DNA from: a virus
Length of the DNA: 64,000 bases
Direction: 5' to 3' (one strand)
IMG/VR virus record: IMGVR_UViG_3300034019_000950
Location: 15,356-79,355 of that record
In this document: positions 29,042-38,137 of the stretch, piece after piece
How the letters are laid out: each line of letters begins with the position of its first letter
Position numbering within the stretch: the stretch's first letter is position 1
Notes under the pieces: model-generated
What the model was told of the DNA's origin: nothing
Database searches by the model: none
What the model saw: only the letters and a program-made list of their open reading frames with translations
Made by a program: the position numbers and the translations under genes

Positions 29042-30087
29042 CAGGAAGCCCCGTACCGAAGGGTCAGGTTGTCAAGGTCAGCAGCGGCCCAGCCGGTGCC
29101 GCCGGGCTTATCGGTGCGCAAGAAGGTGCACAGCCCACCACTGGGAGACATTGCCGTTCCAGTGCCCGACGCAGTGCTTCCGCCCAAGGCCATCCCAGCA
29201 GTTCCAGTCGGCAGTGTTCCATCACCCGCAGCGGCCACGTTGACCTGTACCGCTTGCACAGCAGGTGAGGTCCAGGCAGCGTTGATGTTCGTGCGGTTTT
29301 GGAGGTTCACTTGGAAGGTGCTTGCGGTCGGTGTGGAAGTGTACGATGCGTCAGCGGCATCTTCCAGCGCCTGCCAGTTGCTCGGAGCACCAGTCGGCAA
29401 CCACGCGCCGTTGATGTCGTCCGCGTTTGGCCGCAAGCCCTGGATCCATGTGGTGCTCGTCACTGGATCACTGCTACTGCCCCACACAACCGTATGATCA
29501 TGGTAGGCGACCACTGTACCAGCGCCGCCGCCAGCCATCGGCGCGCCCCATCGCGCAACATCAACCCCACTGACTGTAGTGAGGGCCGTGCTGCGGCTCA
29601 GCACCTGCACGCCGTCCACCCACAGCGTCAAGGTGACGGTGCCGCCCACGATGGCCCAGCGAAGCGCAAGCCGGATCCATCGGGCAGTCGTCACTGTTGC
29701 GCTGGTAGTGCCCACAGTCACGCCATTGTGCTTGACCGTCAGCCGTGTGCTTACCCCCGTATCGGCGGCGTAGACGCCAGCCATCTCCAGGCCACCAGTG
29801 TCATACACGGCGACCAGCGGAACGGTGGAAGCACCATTGAAGTTTTGTGCAGCTTGGAAAGTTGTGTTGATGCCACCCCCGCTGGGAACGGAAAACACAG
29901 GCGCAGTGCGAAGCCAGCTATCAGCCGTCAAGGACAGGCTGGTGTTGCCGCCGCCATACCCGCTCGGGTGCTGGTGGGTGACTGTGCGCTCGTTTGGATC
30001 AACGCCCCCGACTGACGACCAAGCGGTGTTTGTGTAGAAGGCAAGCGGTGCACGAACTTCCCAGCCCCAAGCCCAGATGATGGCCAT
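29041..30087 (-). CDS. Minor tail protein, LamG/lectin-like
   Basis: Thr/Gly-rich beta protein with WIRLAL...LWVDG; immediately after tape measure. Confidence 0.55.
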   Translation of the reverse strand: MAIIWAWGWEVRAPLAFYTNTAWSSVGGVDPNERTVTHQHPSGYGGGNTSLSLTADSWLRTAPVFSVPSGGGINTTFQAAQNFNGASTVPLVAVYDTGGLEMAGVYAADTGVSTRLTVKHNGVTVGTTSATVTTARWIRLALRWAIVGGTVTLTLWVDGVQVLSRSTALTTVSGVDVARWGAPMAGGGAGTVVAYHDHTVVWGSSSDPVTSTTWIQGLRPNADDINGAWLPTGAPSNWQALEDAADASYTSTPTASTFQVNLQNRTNINAAWTSPAVQAVQVNVAAAGDGTLPTGTAGMALGGSTASGTGTAMSPSGGLCTFLRTDKPGGTGWAAADLDNLTLRYGAS

Positions 30088-30105
30088 GCTTCACTCCTGC
30101 CGCCG

Positions 30106-33100
30106 TTAGAACTTGCCACGGTCGAAGCCGACGTGCACGCCCGCCCGCAGTGTAGTGCGTCGAAGCTCACGCTGCAGCCTCGGTGCCTCTCCACGCTGGC
30201 CAGCCGTAAACAGCACCTCGTCCAAAGTGCGCCCGTTTGCCTGCACCACCACCTGCACCCGTTGGCCGCCCATGCCCCCACCACCACCGCCGGCAGCGCC
30301 TTGCATAGCCGTGGCGGCCTGTAGCATGGCACTGGCAAGGCCAGCCGCCGCAGGCACCTCCACCTCGCCGGGCAGGTAACCACGCGCGGCGGGCGCCAGC
30401 CCGTTGGCAAGCTGACCACGCATTGCATCGAGAGCCTGCTGGAGCAGATCTGCCGGACGCTGGGCGGCGATGATGTAGTCGCCGGGTGCAAACCGGGCAG
30501 CCATGCCCTCAGCGCCCGCCTTCACCGCTCCGGGCGTGTCCCCGAACGTGGCAGTTTCTGCCTTGCCAAGCGTGAAAATCTCGGCCAGCACGTCGCGGAA
30601 GAACTGCACCAGCTTCTGCAAGCCAAGGACGATGGCCTCACCGATGCCCCGTGCAAGGTAGCCGAGTGCCTGCCCGATGGCCAACAGCAGCCCGACCGTG
30701 ACCTCATACAGAATGACAGGCAAAGCCTTGATAAAGGCAGGCACGAACTGCGTGATGAACGCAACGATGAAGGTGGGGATCAGGTTGATGACTGCAGTGA
30801 CAATCTGCGGTAGCGCGCGTGCAATACCAAGGATGATCGCGGGGATCAGGCGCACGACGGCAACAATCAGGTCAGGCAGCATGATGATGATGGCCGCAAT
30901 CAGGCGCGGCAGCATGGCGATGATGCCAACCACGATGTCAGTCGTAGCCATCAGCAGGTTTTCGATGATGGATGGCAGCTGGCGAACCAGCTCCAAGATC
31001 AACATCGTAGCCGCCTGCATCAAGCCAGCGACGATAGCCGGCAGCATATCAACCACCGCCAGCACCAACCGGGGCACCTCTGCAATCAGCATGGCCACGA
31101 GTTGAAGCGCGCCGGCTGTCAATGCCTGGATGATGCGTGGAAGCTCCAGCACGACGGCGCCAACGACACCGATCGCTGCATCAACAAGCGCCGGCACCAG
31201 CGCCTGCAACACCTGCATCAAGGCTTGCACCAGCTGCGGCAACGCGCGCGCCACGGCGCCGACAAGCACCGGAACCAAGTCCACCACGGCCAGCACGGCT
31301 CGTAACAGTGAAGGCAGGGCAGCTTGCAGGGACGCCACCAGCTGATCCACGATCAGCGGCAAGTCCTCAATCAGTGCCTGGACCAGCAGCACCACGCTAT
31401 CGGCCAGGGCGCCGATGATGGCAGGAAGCTCAGCAATGATGGCAGACGCGAGCTGACCAGCCGCCTGCGCAAGTGTTGACGCAAGCATGGGAAGGGCGTC
31501 TGCGAACTGCTGCAGCAGCGACGGCAGCTGATTGGCCAGCGCCTCCAACGCTGCGGGCGCCGCCTCTACGAAAGTGGCCAGCAGCTCGCTTGCGCCATTC
31601 ACAAGCTCGGTGACGTATGCTTCTGCACCAGCCACTGCAGTCATGGGCAGTGCGGCCAGCTTTTCCTCATACTCGTCAACCGAGATCTCACCAGCGGCCA
31701 GCTGCTCTTGCAGGGCTGCTACTTCCTCCATCCCCTTCTTGGCTTTCTCCATTGCGTCTGAAAGGCTGAAACTGAAGCCAGTCAGCTCCTCAAAGAGCGT
31801 CAACACGCCCATCGCGGCCTTGCCGATGCCGATGCCGATTGCACGCGCAACATCAACCGCAGCGGCCCGCACATTCTCCATCACCTGCTTGGCCACATCA
31901 CCGAATGTATCAACGCCTTCCTCCGCTTTTGCCAGCGCGTCGGCAATCGCGGCGTTGTAGTAGGCAATGACTGCCTCACGCTCTGCCAGCTGATCCTCTG
32001 CCAGCCGTGAAAGCAGTTGGTCACGCTCCTTCTCCAGCTCATAGACCCGCCGGTAGTCACCCGCCGTCAGCATACGCACTTCCTCTGACAGTGCGCGCTT
32101 TTGGTTCAGCACTCGCTGGTCATACACAGCGTTGATCTCGGCAACCTGACGCCCGGTCGCGTTTGCGCTCTCTACCAGCGTGCGCAAACGCTCCAGCTCG
32201 ATGCGCTGCAGCTCGTTCATCTGCGCTTCTGCATCAGAAAGCTGCAGCTGCTCAATGATCTGATTGATGCGTGTGTAGGTGTCACGCACACGCTGTTGCG
32301 CCTCTGCCGCCTCCACTTCTTCGAGCTTTGTACGTGCCTGCATGAAGCGCAGCAGCACGTCAAGCCGTTCCGTTGCGCCACGCTCGTAAAGCGCCAGCTC
32401 TTGCTCAAACTCCAGTCGCAGCGCCTCGCGTCGGGTGTTGATGCGAGACTGAAGCTCAAACGCTTCCCGGTCTGCTTCATCCCTGCCAGCGGCTGCCAAC
32501 GCCTCACGGAGCTGTTTCAGTACCGCTTCTTGTTCTTCCTGCTGCTGGCGCGCCGCGTCGGCACGCACGACGGCCACAATCCGGGCGCGTTCCAGCTCTG
32601 CCGCACGGATCTTGTCCGTCTGCTTGCCATAGGCCAACACCTCGGCATCAAACAGACGATTGAGTTCTTCCAGCTGCAAGCGAAGCTCAATCGCCGCCTG
32701 CTCGCTCGCCTTTGCGCGTCGTCTGGCGATGTCGTCCTCGGCCTTCTGAACCGCGCGCACCCGCGCCTCATAGGCCCGTCGCCATTCCTCCGACGCGTCT
32801 CGTGCCTGACGTGCGGATTGCTCGTCAACATCGCCCATCATGGCCGTCTTTTTGGCGGCCAGCTCTGCTGCAATCTCCTTCTTTGCCAGCGCCTGCGCCG
32901 CAAGCTCAGCACCCTGCGCAAGCCCTTCTATCTTCGCTTGCGCATCCTTGACCTGTTGGCCCAGGTCCTCCTGCCGCTTGCGCACTTCCTCAACCGTTGC
33001 GCCGAACGTCGAAAGAACGCCCTTGTAGGCGACAGTTTCGTTGCCACCGGCCTCCACGAAAGTGTCGTAGTCATTGATCGCAATATTGAGCTTGTCAAGC

Positions 33101-35019
33101 TGACGCTTGCTGTTGGCAAGTTCACGCTGCGCATCCATCTGCGTAGTCTTGAAGCTCGCCGCTGCAGCGTCTGCTTGTGATGTACCGTCATACTGAAGCT
33201 GCAACGCGGTGGCGTGGTCAAGCACAACCTTTGTGCCATTCATGGTGGCAGTGAACAGCTGACCACTTGACAAGCCGGCTTGGATGGTTGCGCTGTCAAG
33301 ACCCTGCAACCGCTGGATCTGTTGCTCCAGACTCACGTTTAGCGTGTTTTCTGTTTGCAGCAGCAGTTCCAGATTGCCCATGCGCAGGGCTTGCTGTGCA
33401 GCCAGCTCTGCTGCTGCCTGACGCTGCTTGTTTGCCCTTGCCTCCTGCTCTACAGCCAGCTTTTCCTCTGCTGCACGCAAGCGTTCCGTTGCCGCCTCAG
33501 CCTCTCTGCTCACTGTTGCAAAGTAGACCAGCCCCGCAATCAGGGTGCCGACCGCCGCAACCACAGCGTAGATGCCACCCGAAGCTGCGGTAAGAGACAG
33601 CATAAGAGTGCGAACACTGCCGCTAACCACGCCGATTGCGCTGGCGGCACTGCTCAACGATGCGACGAACACGCGCACACGATCTGCCGCCCACACAACG
33701 ATCATCACCTTGGAGATCTGCAACAGCACGGGCAGTAGTCGTGCCAGCGTCTCGGTAGCCCCACGCACGCTCTTGATGAAGTCAATGAAGGTCGTAGCAA
33801 TCATGGCCCGGTTGTCGCGCAGGTACGCCACCGCACGGCCGACCATGTCCTCAAAGCTGCGGCCGATAGTGCCAGCCTCACGGTTGAACACCTGAGCGAC
33901 GTAGGCGATTGTGTTCGCAACCTCGTCCAGCAGGTCCGCCATCGGACCTTTCATGGTGTCGAACAGCGACAACATCAGCTCTTGGAAGGCAGACAACGCG
34001 ATGTCAAGGCGCCCCTGCACCGTGTTCGTCATTGAGCCGTACAGTGCTTCTGCCTCACCTGCGCCATTCTTCATGGCATCCAGCAGCGTGTAGTATTCAG
34101 TCGTTCCGTCTGCGAACTGACGCGCAATGTTGGCGATGTTTGCGCCGCTACGCAGACCGAACACCTCCAACATATCGGTGGTCGTCATGGCTGCCTTGCC
34201 GACAGTCTCCATGATCTCTGCAAAGCTGTGTAGCTCAGGGTTGATGTCCTCTGCCGTCAAACCATACTTTGCAAGCACCTTCCTTGATTCATCTGTAGCG
34301 TTGGCGGCTGCCGCCATCGACATACGGAAGTTGGTGCCGGCCATCGACCCTTCGAGGCCAAGGTTGCGGAACATGGCCAGCGCGGCGGTCGTTTCCTCCA
34401 ACGCATAGCCAAAGCCTGCACCCACAGTGCCGCCGTACTTCATGGCCTCGCGCAAGCTGTCCACCTCAAACAGTGACTTGCGCAGAGCGATGCTGAACAC
34501 GTCGGACACACGCCCGGCCTGGGTCGCGTCAAGCTGAAACTGAGACAGCGTGGCTGCCGTCAGGGCGGTTGCGGTCGCCATATCGGTGCCCGCGCCACCA
34601 GCGAACAGCATGGCGGGGCCGGTGGATGCCAGCACCTCATTGACACTCATTCCGGCCTGGGCCAGAAACTTCATAGCGTCTGCGGCTTCCGTAGCTGTGA
34701 ACTTGGTGGACGCTCCAAGCTCCCGCGCTCTGTCCGTCAGTCGCTCCAGATCATTGTCACTTGCGTTAGCGATCGCTCCTACGTTCGTAATCGCCTGCTC
34801 AAAGTCAATGCCGGTCTTGACAGTGGCAACGCCGAACGCTGCCATCGCCGCACCAGCAGCCGCCAGTGCGCCGGTTACAGCTTTATCAAGCGCGCCACCG
34901 AACATGAGACTGGTCTGCTGCAGCTGTTCCAGGGCCGCAGTCGCGGACTTGACGCCACCCTTGAAGTTGGTGTCATCAAGTCCAAGCTCAACAAGCAGCT
35001 TGCCGATGGTGCTTGCCAT
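30106..35019 (-). CDS. Tail tape measure protein (TP901-type core)
   Basis: 1637 aa, Ala-rich; LGASTKFTATEAADAM, GSMAGT; long coiled coil and periodic LP repeats. Confidence 0.95.
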   Translation of the reverse strand: MASTIGKLLVELGLDDTNFKGGVKSATAALEQLQQTSLMFGGALDKAVTGALAAAGAAMAAFGVATVKTGIDFEQAITNVGAIANASDNDLERLTDRARELGASTKFTATEAADAMKFLAQAGMSVNEVLASTGPAMLFAGGAGTDMATATALTAATLSQFQLDATQAGRVSDVFSIALRKSLFEVDSLREAMKYGGTVGAGFGYALEETTAALAMFRNLGLEGSMAGTNFRMSMAAAANATDESRKVLAKYGLTAEDINPELHSFAEIMETVGKAAMTTTDMLEVFGLRSGANIANIARQFADGTTEYYTLLDAMKNGAGEAEALYGSMTNTVQGRLDIALSAFQELMLSLFDTMKGPMADLLDEVANTIAYVAQVFNREAGTIGRSFEDMVGRAVAYLRDNRAMIATTFIDFIKSVRGATETLARLLPVLLQISKVMIVVWAADRVRVFVASLSSAASAIGVVSGSVRTLMLSLTAASGGIYAVVAAVGTLIAGLVYFATVSREAEAATERLRAAEEKLAVEQEARANKQRQAAAELAAQQALRMGNLELLLQTENTLNVSLEQQIQRLQGLDSATIQAGLSSGQLFTATMNGTKVVLDHATALQLQYDGTSQADAAAASFKTTQMDAQRELANSKRQLDKLNIAINDYDTFVEAGGNETVAYKGVLSTFGATVEEVRKRQEDLGQQVKDAQAKIEGLAQGAELAAQALAKKEIAAELAAKKTAMMGDVDEQSARQARDASEEWRRAYEARVRAVQKAEDDIARRRAKASEQAAIELRLQLEELNRLFDAEVLAYGKQTDKIRAAELERARIVAVVRADAARQQQEEQEAVLKQLREALAAAGRDEADREAFELQSRINTRREALRLEFEQELALYERGATERLDVLLRFMQARTKLEEVEAAEAQQRVRDTYTRINQIIEQLQLSDAEAQMNELQRIELERLRTLVESANATGRQVAEINAVYDQRVLNQKRALSEEVRMLTAGDYRRVYELEKERDQLLSRLAEDQLAEREAVIAYYNAAIADALAKAEEGVDTFGDVAKQVMENVRAAAVDVARAIGIGIGKAAMGVLTLFEELTGFSFSLSDAMEKAKKGMEEVAALQEQLAAGEISVDEYEEKLAALPMTAVAGAEAYVTELVNGASELLATFVEAAPAALEALANQLPSLLQQFADALPMLASTLAQAAGQLASAIIAELPAIIGALADSVVLLVQALIEDLPLIVDQLVASLQAALPSLLRAVLAVVDLVPVLVGAVARALPQLVQALMQVLQALVPALVDAAIGVVGAVVLELPRIIQALTAGALQLVAMLIAEVPRLVLAVVDMLPAIVAGLMQAATMLILELVRQLPSIIENLLMATTDIVVGIIAMLPRLIAAIIIMLPDLIVAVVRLIPAIILGIARALPQIVTAVINLIPTFIVAFITQFVPAFIKALPVILYEVTVGLLLAIGQALGYLARGIGEAIVLGLQKLVQFFRDVLAEIFTLGKAETATFGDTPGAVKAGAEGMAARFAPGDYIIAAQRPADLLQQALDAMRGQLANGLAPAARGYLPGEVEVPAAAGLASAMLQAATAMQGAAGGGGGGMGGQRVQVVVQANGRTLDEVLFTAGQRGEAPRLQRELRRTTLRAGVHVGFDRGKF

Positions 35020-35067
35020 GCCCGCGCCCCTTGTTCATCGTATCGCGCGAGGGCGCAAGATGCGTGC

Positions 35068-35337
35068 CTACACGTCCTCTACCGGAAGCCCAAGGGCTGC
35101 CAGCTGTGATGCCAGATCACGCTTCTGCTTACCTGCACCCTCCTGCTTATTATCAACCCTTGCGGCGCGCGGCTTCGCTTGCTTCTTTACCTTGCCTCCA
35201 AGCGCCGAGCTGATGGCACCCATGACAAGGTTCGCTTGCTCTGCCTTGTAGGCTACGACGCACTGGCTGACAACCTGTAACTGCTGCCACGTTAGACCAA
35301 GAACGTCGTCAAGCGTCCAGCCGCTTGCGAACAACAT
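35068..35337 (-). CDS. Tail assembly chaperone, frameshift extension (gpT-like)
   Basis: In the -1 frame of the upstream chaperone with no stop after the CCCTTTC site. Confidence 0.75.
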   Translation of the reverse strand: MLFASGWTLDDVLGLTWQQLQVVSQCVVAYKAEQANLVMGAISSALGGKVKKQAKPRAARVDNKQEGAGKQKRDLASQLAALGLPVEDV

Positions 35338-35366
35338 GCCAAGTCCCTGCTGTAGCTGCTCAATCG

Positions 35367-35861
35367 TCAGCCCGGCACCTTCACGTTCATGCCGCTGGCG
35401 ATCACCTGCACCCCCTGCCCCAGCCTCCGAACGAAACGCTCCGAGAAAGGGACGAGGGACACAGCCAGCTCCTCGATCGCCAGCGCGTCAAGCGGGTCAC
35501 GGCCACCAAGCGCATCCGGGTAGGCTTCACTGAACGCCTTGCCCAGTAGATCGGCCACCTGTTCGTCGGTAGCCAGCTGCACCACTGCGTCCACCAGCCC
35601 GGCAGTGCCAGAACCACGCACGAGCGCCACAGCGCCGGACAGCTGCGGAAGCTCGGCCATCTGCTTGATGGTACGGAACACCTGCACCTGCCGACGTGCA
35701 GAGATTGCGCCGGGAAGCGTGATGTCCTGGCCATCCACGGTGCGGACGTGAAGCTGGTCAGGCGGCACAAGCTTGTCCAGCAGGGCCGACAGCTGCGCGT
35801 TGAAGTCGGAAGGCGAAAGAGTGTTGTCGGTGGTCTGGGCGTGGTTTTCGTTCTGGCTCAT
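35367..35861 (-). CDS. Tail assembly chaperone (gpG-like)
   Basis: Between major tail and tape measure genes; GGAGG RBS. Confidence 0.8.
   Translation of the reverse strand: MSQNENHAQTTDNTLSPSDFNAQLSALLDKLVPPDQLHVRTVDGQDITLPGAISARRQVQVFRTIKQMAELPQLSGAVALVRGSGTAGLVDAVVQLATDEQVADLLGKAFSEAYPDALGGRDPLDALAIEELAVSLVPFSERFVRRLGQGVQVIASGMNVKVPG
35445..35451 (-). other. -1 programmed ribosomal frameshift slippery site C CCT TTC
   Basis: X XXY YYZ heptamer in frame at V-P-F; the -1 frame is open into ORF 35068-35337. Confidence 0.8.
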
Positions 35862-35983
35862 GTGCACCTCCTACGGCGTCGCCGCGACTGTATCACGGGT
35901 GCACACAGGCCGGAACGCAAGAGCGGCGCAGTGTGGCATGGTTTGCCACCCCTGCGCCGCTTGGAACGCACCACCAGATCAGA

Positions 35984-36535
35984 TCAAAGCTGACGCTCCA
36001 GCTTGATCAGCTGAACACGCGGTCCCAGCGTGGCGCCGTTCCAGTCCGTGTTGGAGCGCAGCGCGGTGTAGGAATACTCGAACTGGTGCTCATCCTGGCC
36101 GAGCGGCAGGTTCAGCCCCATGTCCGAGCTGGCCTTCCACACGTACACGTTCATGGTGTTGCCGGTCACAGCCATGTAGTGCTGAATGTGCAACGCGCAC
36201 TCGGTGACGATGGGATCACCACCAAAGCTGAACGTCTCCGCGCTGCCGGAAACGGTCGTGGTGCCTGCACCCATTGCGCGAGCAAAGTTGTCGAAGTTCC
36301 ACTCGATGCCCGTGACCGTCACCTTCGCGCCCTGGGTCTGGCTGAAGTTGTAGACGGGGATCTTGGGGTTGCCCTGGGAGATGTACCGCTTTTCGCTGGT
36401 GATCTCGATGCTGACGCCATCCTCGGTGATGGAGCCGACATCGACGGTCGGGGTCGCTCCAGCGACGCCGAGGTACAGTACGGCAGGGCCGAAGCTGATG
36501 TCGTTGGTCGTGACTGTAGGAATGTTGAACGGCAC
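35984..36535 (-). CDS. Major tail tube protein
   Basis: ISFGPAVLYLG...DVGSITEDGVSIE; size and position. Confidence 0.85.
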   Translation of the reverse strand: MPFNIPTVTTNDISFGPAVLYLGVAGATPTVDVGSITEDGVSIEITSEKRYISQGNPKIPVYNFSQTQGAKVTVTGIEWNFDNFARAMGAGTTTVSGSAETFSFGGDPIVTECALHIQHYMAVTGNTMNVYVWKASSDMGLNLPLGQDEHQFEYSYTALRSNTDWNGATLGPRVQLIKLERQL

Positions 36536-36636
36536 GGGTGCCTCCCTTGCATTGTGTGCTTGATGCTTGGCACCGCTCGCGCCTTCCAGCGTCTACTGCG
36601 GGATAACCGCACGTTATCACAGACCAGCGCCCTGGG

Positions 36637-36981
36637 CTATGGCCTACGCGCATCCTCCAACCTGTTGCGCTGACCGCAGCGACGGCACGGCACTTCCACC
36701 ACACCACCAGCGCCGGGCCGCACGTAGCAGATGAAATCCTTGTAGCGCACGCGCAGCTCGTCCGACTTCTCATCGTAGATGCCAAGTCGTGCTGCACAGC
36801 TTGCGCACGACCACACCGTATCGCGCATCGTGGTGGCCTCGTCAGTGTCGCCACCACCACCGCTATTGGAAGTGGCAGCAGCCACCATCGCAAGCTGGCC
36901 GGAAAGACCCTGGACGGCCGCTTGCAGCTCGTCGATCACCACTTCCAGTCGATGAATGCGTGCGTCAGCGTTGGCTGCCAT
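36637..36981 (-). CDS. Mu Com-like zinc-ribbon protein
   Basis: WSCASCAARLG...VEVPCRRCGQRN with an N-terminal coiled coil. Confidence 0.6.
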   Translation of the reverse strand: MAANADARIHRLEVVIDELQAAVQGLSGQLAMVAAATSNSGGGGDTDEATTMRDTVWSCASCAARLGIYDEKSDELRVRYKDFICYVRPGAGGVVEVPCRRCGQRNRLEDARRP

Positions 36982-37168
36982 TCTGCACCCCCAGCCGCAC
37001 AGTGCGGCCACACGCGTCACAGCACAGGGCCGTATCGGTGCCATCCCCACGGGCACGCGCGGCCGTAATGGGGGCGGGTAGCGTTGCCAGCGTGGCCCCA
37101 CAGGCGCACCGCAGCCGCAAGGCTGGCCCCGCCGGGGCATTGCTGGCCTGCCAATCATGCGTCCTCAT
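36965..37168 (-). CDS. Small zinc-ribbon protein
   Basis: LRCACGATL...CDACGR; overlaps both neighbours. Confidence 0.5.
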   Translation of the reverse strand: MRTHDWQASNAPAGPALRLRCACGATLATLPAPITAARARGDGTDTALCCDACGRTVRLGVQNGSQR

Positions 37169-37602
37169 TGTCCACTCCTGTAACTTACGCGCATCGTCCA
37201 CTGTCCACGCACGTAGTAAGCCCGCGTCAGTTCATTCCATCCATCGTCTGGCCGCTCTGCTTCTACACAATAGCCGGCCACCGATATGCCATCCCTTCTC
37301 AACAGCTGGTGCTGCAGCGCGGCGGCACACGCATCATAGACCCGTGCCGCCAGACCGGAGCTATCTCTGCTGTATGCGTAAACGTCCACCCTGATGGCCT
37401 GATAGGTGCTTGTTGGTCCCGTTCTACCAGTGATTAGCTCAAACACGACCAGCGGATAGAGCGCGTTCACGGCATCCGGTGTTTGCAGGTGAGCGCCGTG
37501 CACCTGCGCGCCCACAAGTGCGCTAACAGCCGCATCTGTAAGCAGATGGCTGCGAAGCAAAAGCTTGACCTGCTCGATGCTCGGTGCGGGACTAAGGGAC
37601 AT
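37165..37602 (-). CDS. Tail terminator / completion protein
   Basis: LLTDAAVSALVG...YPLVVF...RVDVYA pattern; position. Confidence 0.75.
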   Translation of the reverse strand: MSLSPAPSIEQVKLLLRSHLLTDAAVSALVGAQVHGAHLQTPDAVNALYPLVVFELITGRTGPTSTYQAIRVDVYAYSRDSSGLAARVYDACAAALQHQLLRRDGISVAGYCVEAERPDDGWNELTRAYYVRGQWTMRVSYRSGQ

Positions 37603-38137
37603 TGGGTCCTCCACTACCGAAACGGATGCCAGCCTGGGTGCGTAGCTCGGCACCCATCACCAGCACAAATGCACGCAGCAATGCTGGTCGCAAAGCCGGA
37701 TCGCTTACCGTCCACCACAACACGTCACGCCCCTGCATGACGCGCGTTCCTTCCACAACCCACGGAGCGTGGGTTGGAACCTGCACCATCCAGCCGACTA
37801 AGTAGTATGGGCGTGAACCGCCACCACCACCAGCACGAAACTTCAGAAGGCCCTGCAGCCGTGCGGCCATCAGGCCAGTGCGCTCATGGACGACGTGCGG
37901 CTGACTGGGATGAATGTTGATTGAGCCATGACGCTTTGCGTATGGGTGATCCATGCGGCGCAGCTGCGCAAGGCTGTGGTCATTGCGTGTAAGGTTGGCA
38001 TATACCGCCGTCATCGCGACTCCACCAACCTTGGTCAATGCCCTGCCAGCCGCCGCACGGATGAACTTGTCTTTCAGATCACGGAGGTTGATGACCGTTG
38101 CCTCGATCCCAACCACACGTGTCTTGTCACGTGGCAT
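37592..38137 (-). CDS. Neck/tail-completion protein (HK97 gp10-like)
   Basis: RTGLM...HAPWVVEGTRVM; position. Confidence 0.6.
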   Translation of the reverse strand: MPRDKTRVVGIEATVINLRDLKDKFIRAAAGRALTKVGGVAMTAVYANLTRNDHSLAQLRRMDHPYAKRHGSINIHPSQPHVVHERTGLMAARLQGLLKFRAGGGGGSRPYYLVGWMVQVPTHAPWVVEGTRVMQGRDVLWWTVSDPALRPALLRAFVLVMGAELRTQAGIRFGSGGPNVP

